From Octopus sinensis (lineage: Eukaryota): 64,000 nucleotides of DNA. The notes beneath the pieces are model-generated. The model saw nothing but the letters and a program-made list of their open reading frames with translations. It was not told the origin of the DNA and ran no database searches. The first letter of the stretch is position 1. Every line of letters starts with the position of its first letter. Of this stretch, positions 1 to 64,000 are shown one piece after another. The stretch spans positions 40,672,001 to 40,736,000 of the forward strand of contig NC_043013.1 of NCBI RefSeq assembly GCF_006345805.1, read 5' to 3'. A program made the position numbers and the translations under genes.

Positions 1-1496
1 GGTGGGGAATATATCAGGAGTAGATAAGCAGGAAAGGCAGCAACACAGATAAGTAGATACAAGCAGAGACAGAGGGGATTATTATATTTTTTCCCTAAGA
101 ATTTCTAGTCGTTAACCACATGGCTATACTTGGTGTCTATAAGTTCATTTCAAAACCACACAGTTCCAGGTTCAATTCCACTGAACTATATGTTAGGCTA
201 ATATCCTCTACTGTAGCTTCAGAAGGACTAATAACTTGTGAATGACATTTGATAGCTGGAAATTGCAAAGGCCCATTGTGCGCGCACACACACACACACA
301 TGTATATGTACATGCATATATATATATACATATACATATTTATATAGGTGCAGGAGTGGCTGTGTGGTAAGAAGCTTGCTTCCCAATCACATAATTCCAG
401 GTTCAGTCCCACTGTGTGACACCTTGGGCAAGTGTCTGCTACTGTAGCCTCGAGCTGACCAAAGCCGTGTGAAAAGATTTGGTAGACAGAAACTGAAAGA
501 AGCCCATCATATATATGTTATATATATATATATATATATCTGTGTGTGCATGTGCTTGTCCCCAAATGGGGAGGCAGGGCATTAGGTGTACTGTTGGCAA
601 ATTTAAGGAGCATGGAGTTTTTGAAGGACACACGCTTATGGCATTAGGAAGGCATCCAGCCGTAGAAATTATGCCAAAGCTGACACTGGAGCTCAACATG
701 GGCCTGATGCTCAAACCATCTAATCCATGCCAACATATAAAACATGTTAAATAAAGATTAATATACATAAATATATACACACACACACATAGATATATAC
801 ACATATATGTTGGGGATGGAGGTGGTTACTATCTCATTTCTGGATGCCTTTAGTGGAAATTTCAGACAAAAGATAACTTCATCTTTTCTTCCCACCAGTC
901 AACTGAGACTCTGGAAAAAGACTATGGGTGCTGTATTTCCACCTTAGGTTAAAAATGATCTTTCAATAAGTTATCAAAAGCATTTAGTGTGTCTAGGGAG
1001 AGGCAATATGCAAACATTAACACATGCACTGGTTCAATTCCACTCCTTTATAATTAATAAACTGGTTAAATATCCAACTAACTATTTGGTTTATTTTTTA
1101 ATCAAGTTAAACAAAGAATTGATTAGTTACTTGGATATTTAACCAATTGGCTAATCATAAAACCAGTGCATGTCCTCATCATTGTTTAATGTCCACCTTC
1201 CATGCGGGCATGGGTTGGATGGTTTGACAGGAGCTAGCCTGGCAGAAGACAGCACCAGACTTTTGTGTCTGTTCTGGTATGGTTTTTATAGCTGGATGCC
1301 CTTCCAAACTCCAATCACTTTACAGTATGGACTGGATGATTTTTACGTGGCACCAGTGTGAGTTAATATTTGCTTTATGACTTTCCTTAGATACACTGAA
1401 ATTTGTTTCAACACACCAATTCACAAAAAGAATTTTGCAAACCAGGTACTCAAAATGAAGTTACCAATAATATTTGATATCACTTTCTATACTCAC

Positions 1497-64000
<62,504 letters not shown>

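Noticed and set aside
800-1170. Next Myo15 exon (expected to finish MyTH4)
   Set aside because: No phase-1 exon with a GGR-type motif was found; it probably lies beyond the window's left edge.

Overview
Eukaryotic, repeat- and microsatellite-rich DNA. The SINE, RTE and MITE families and (TA/CA)n content suggest a coleoid cephalopod such as Octopus (inference). The whole window lies inside one minus-strand gene for an unconventional myosin tail, best matching myosin XV. I reconstructed 21 GT-AG exons by hand (63578->64000 down to 1497-1633), and splice phase is consistent at every junction. They encode a Q/P-rich linker, the FERM-like RKEVF/CIRI/WPTYF block, SH3 and most of a MyTH4 domain. The gene runs off both ends of the window. 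The introns hold a young Penelope-like element (RT + GIY-YIG, one frameshift, ~352-bp inverted termini) inserted into the microsatellite of a SINE. They also hold a decayed RTE LINE and many copies of its 3' tail, a deleted mariner, mariner/hAT/TTAA-type MITEs, several tRNA-derived SINE families and remnants of other LINEs. The most notable observations are: a minimal hammerhead-ribozyme motif with a compensatory U3-A8 core pair in both PLE termini; five CRE-like/CCAAT modules at identical 10-nt spacing in the PLE 3' region; a separate tRNA-headed element carrying a decayed hammerhead in an inverted arrangement; and a ~1.1-kb non-microsatellite island of ~16% GC with G>C skew. All of this is manual reading; no alignments or folding were run.
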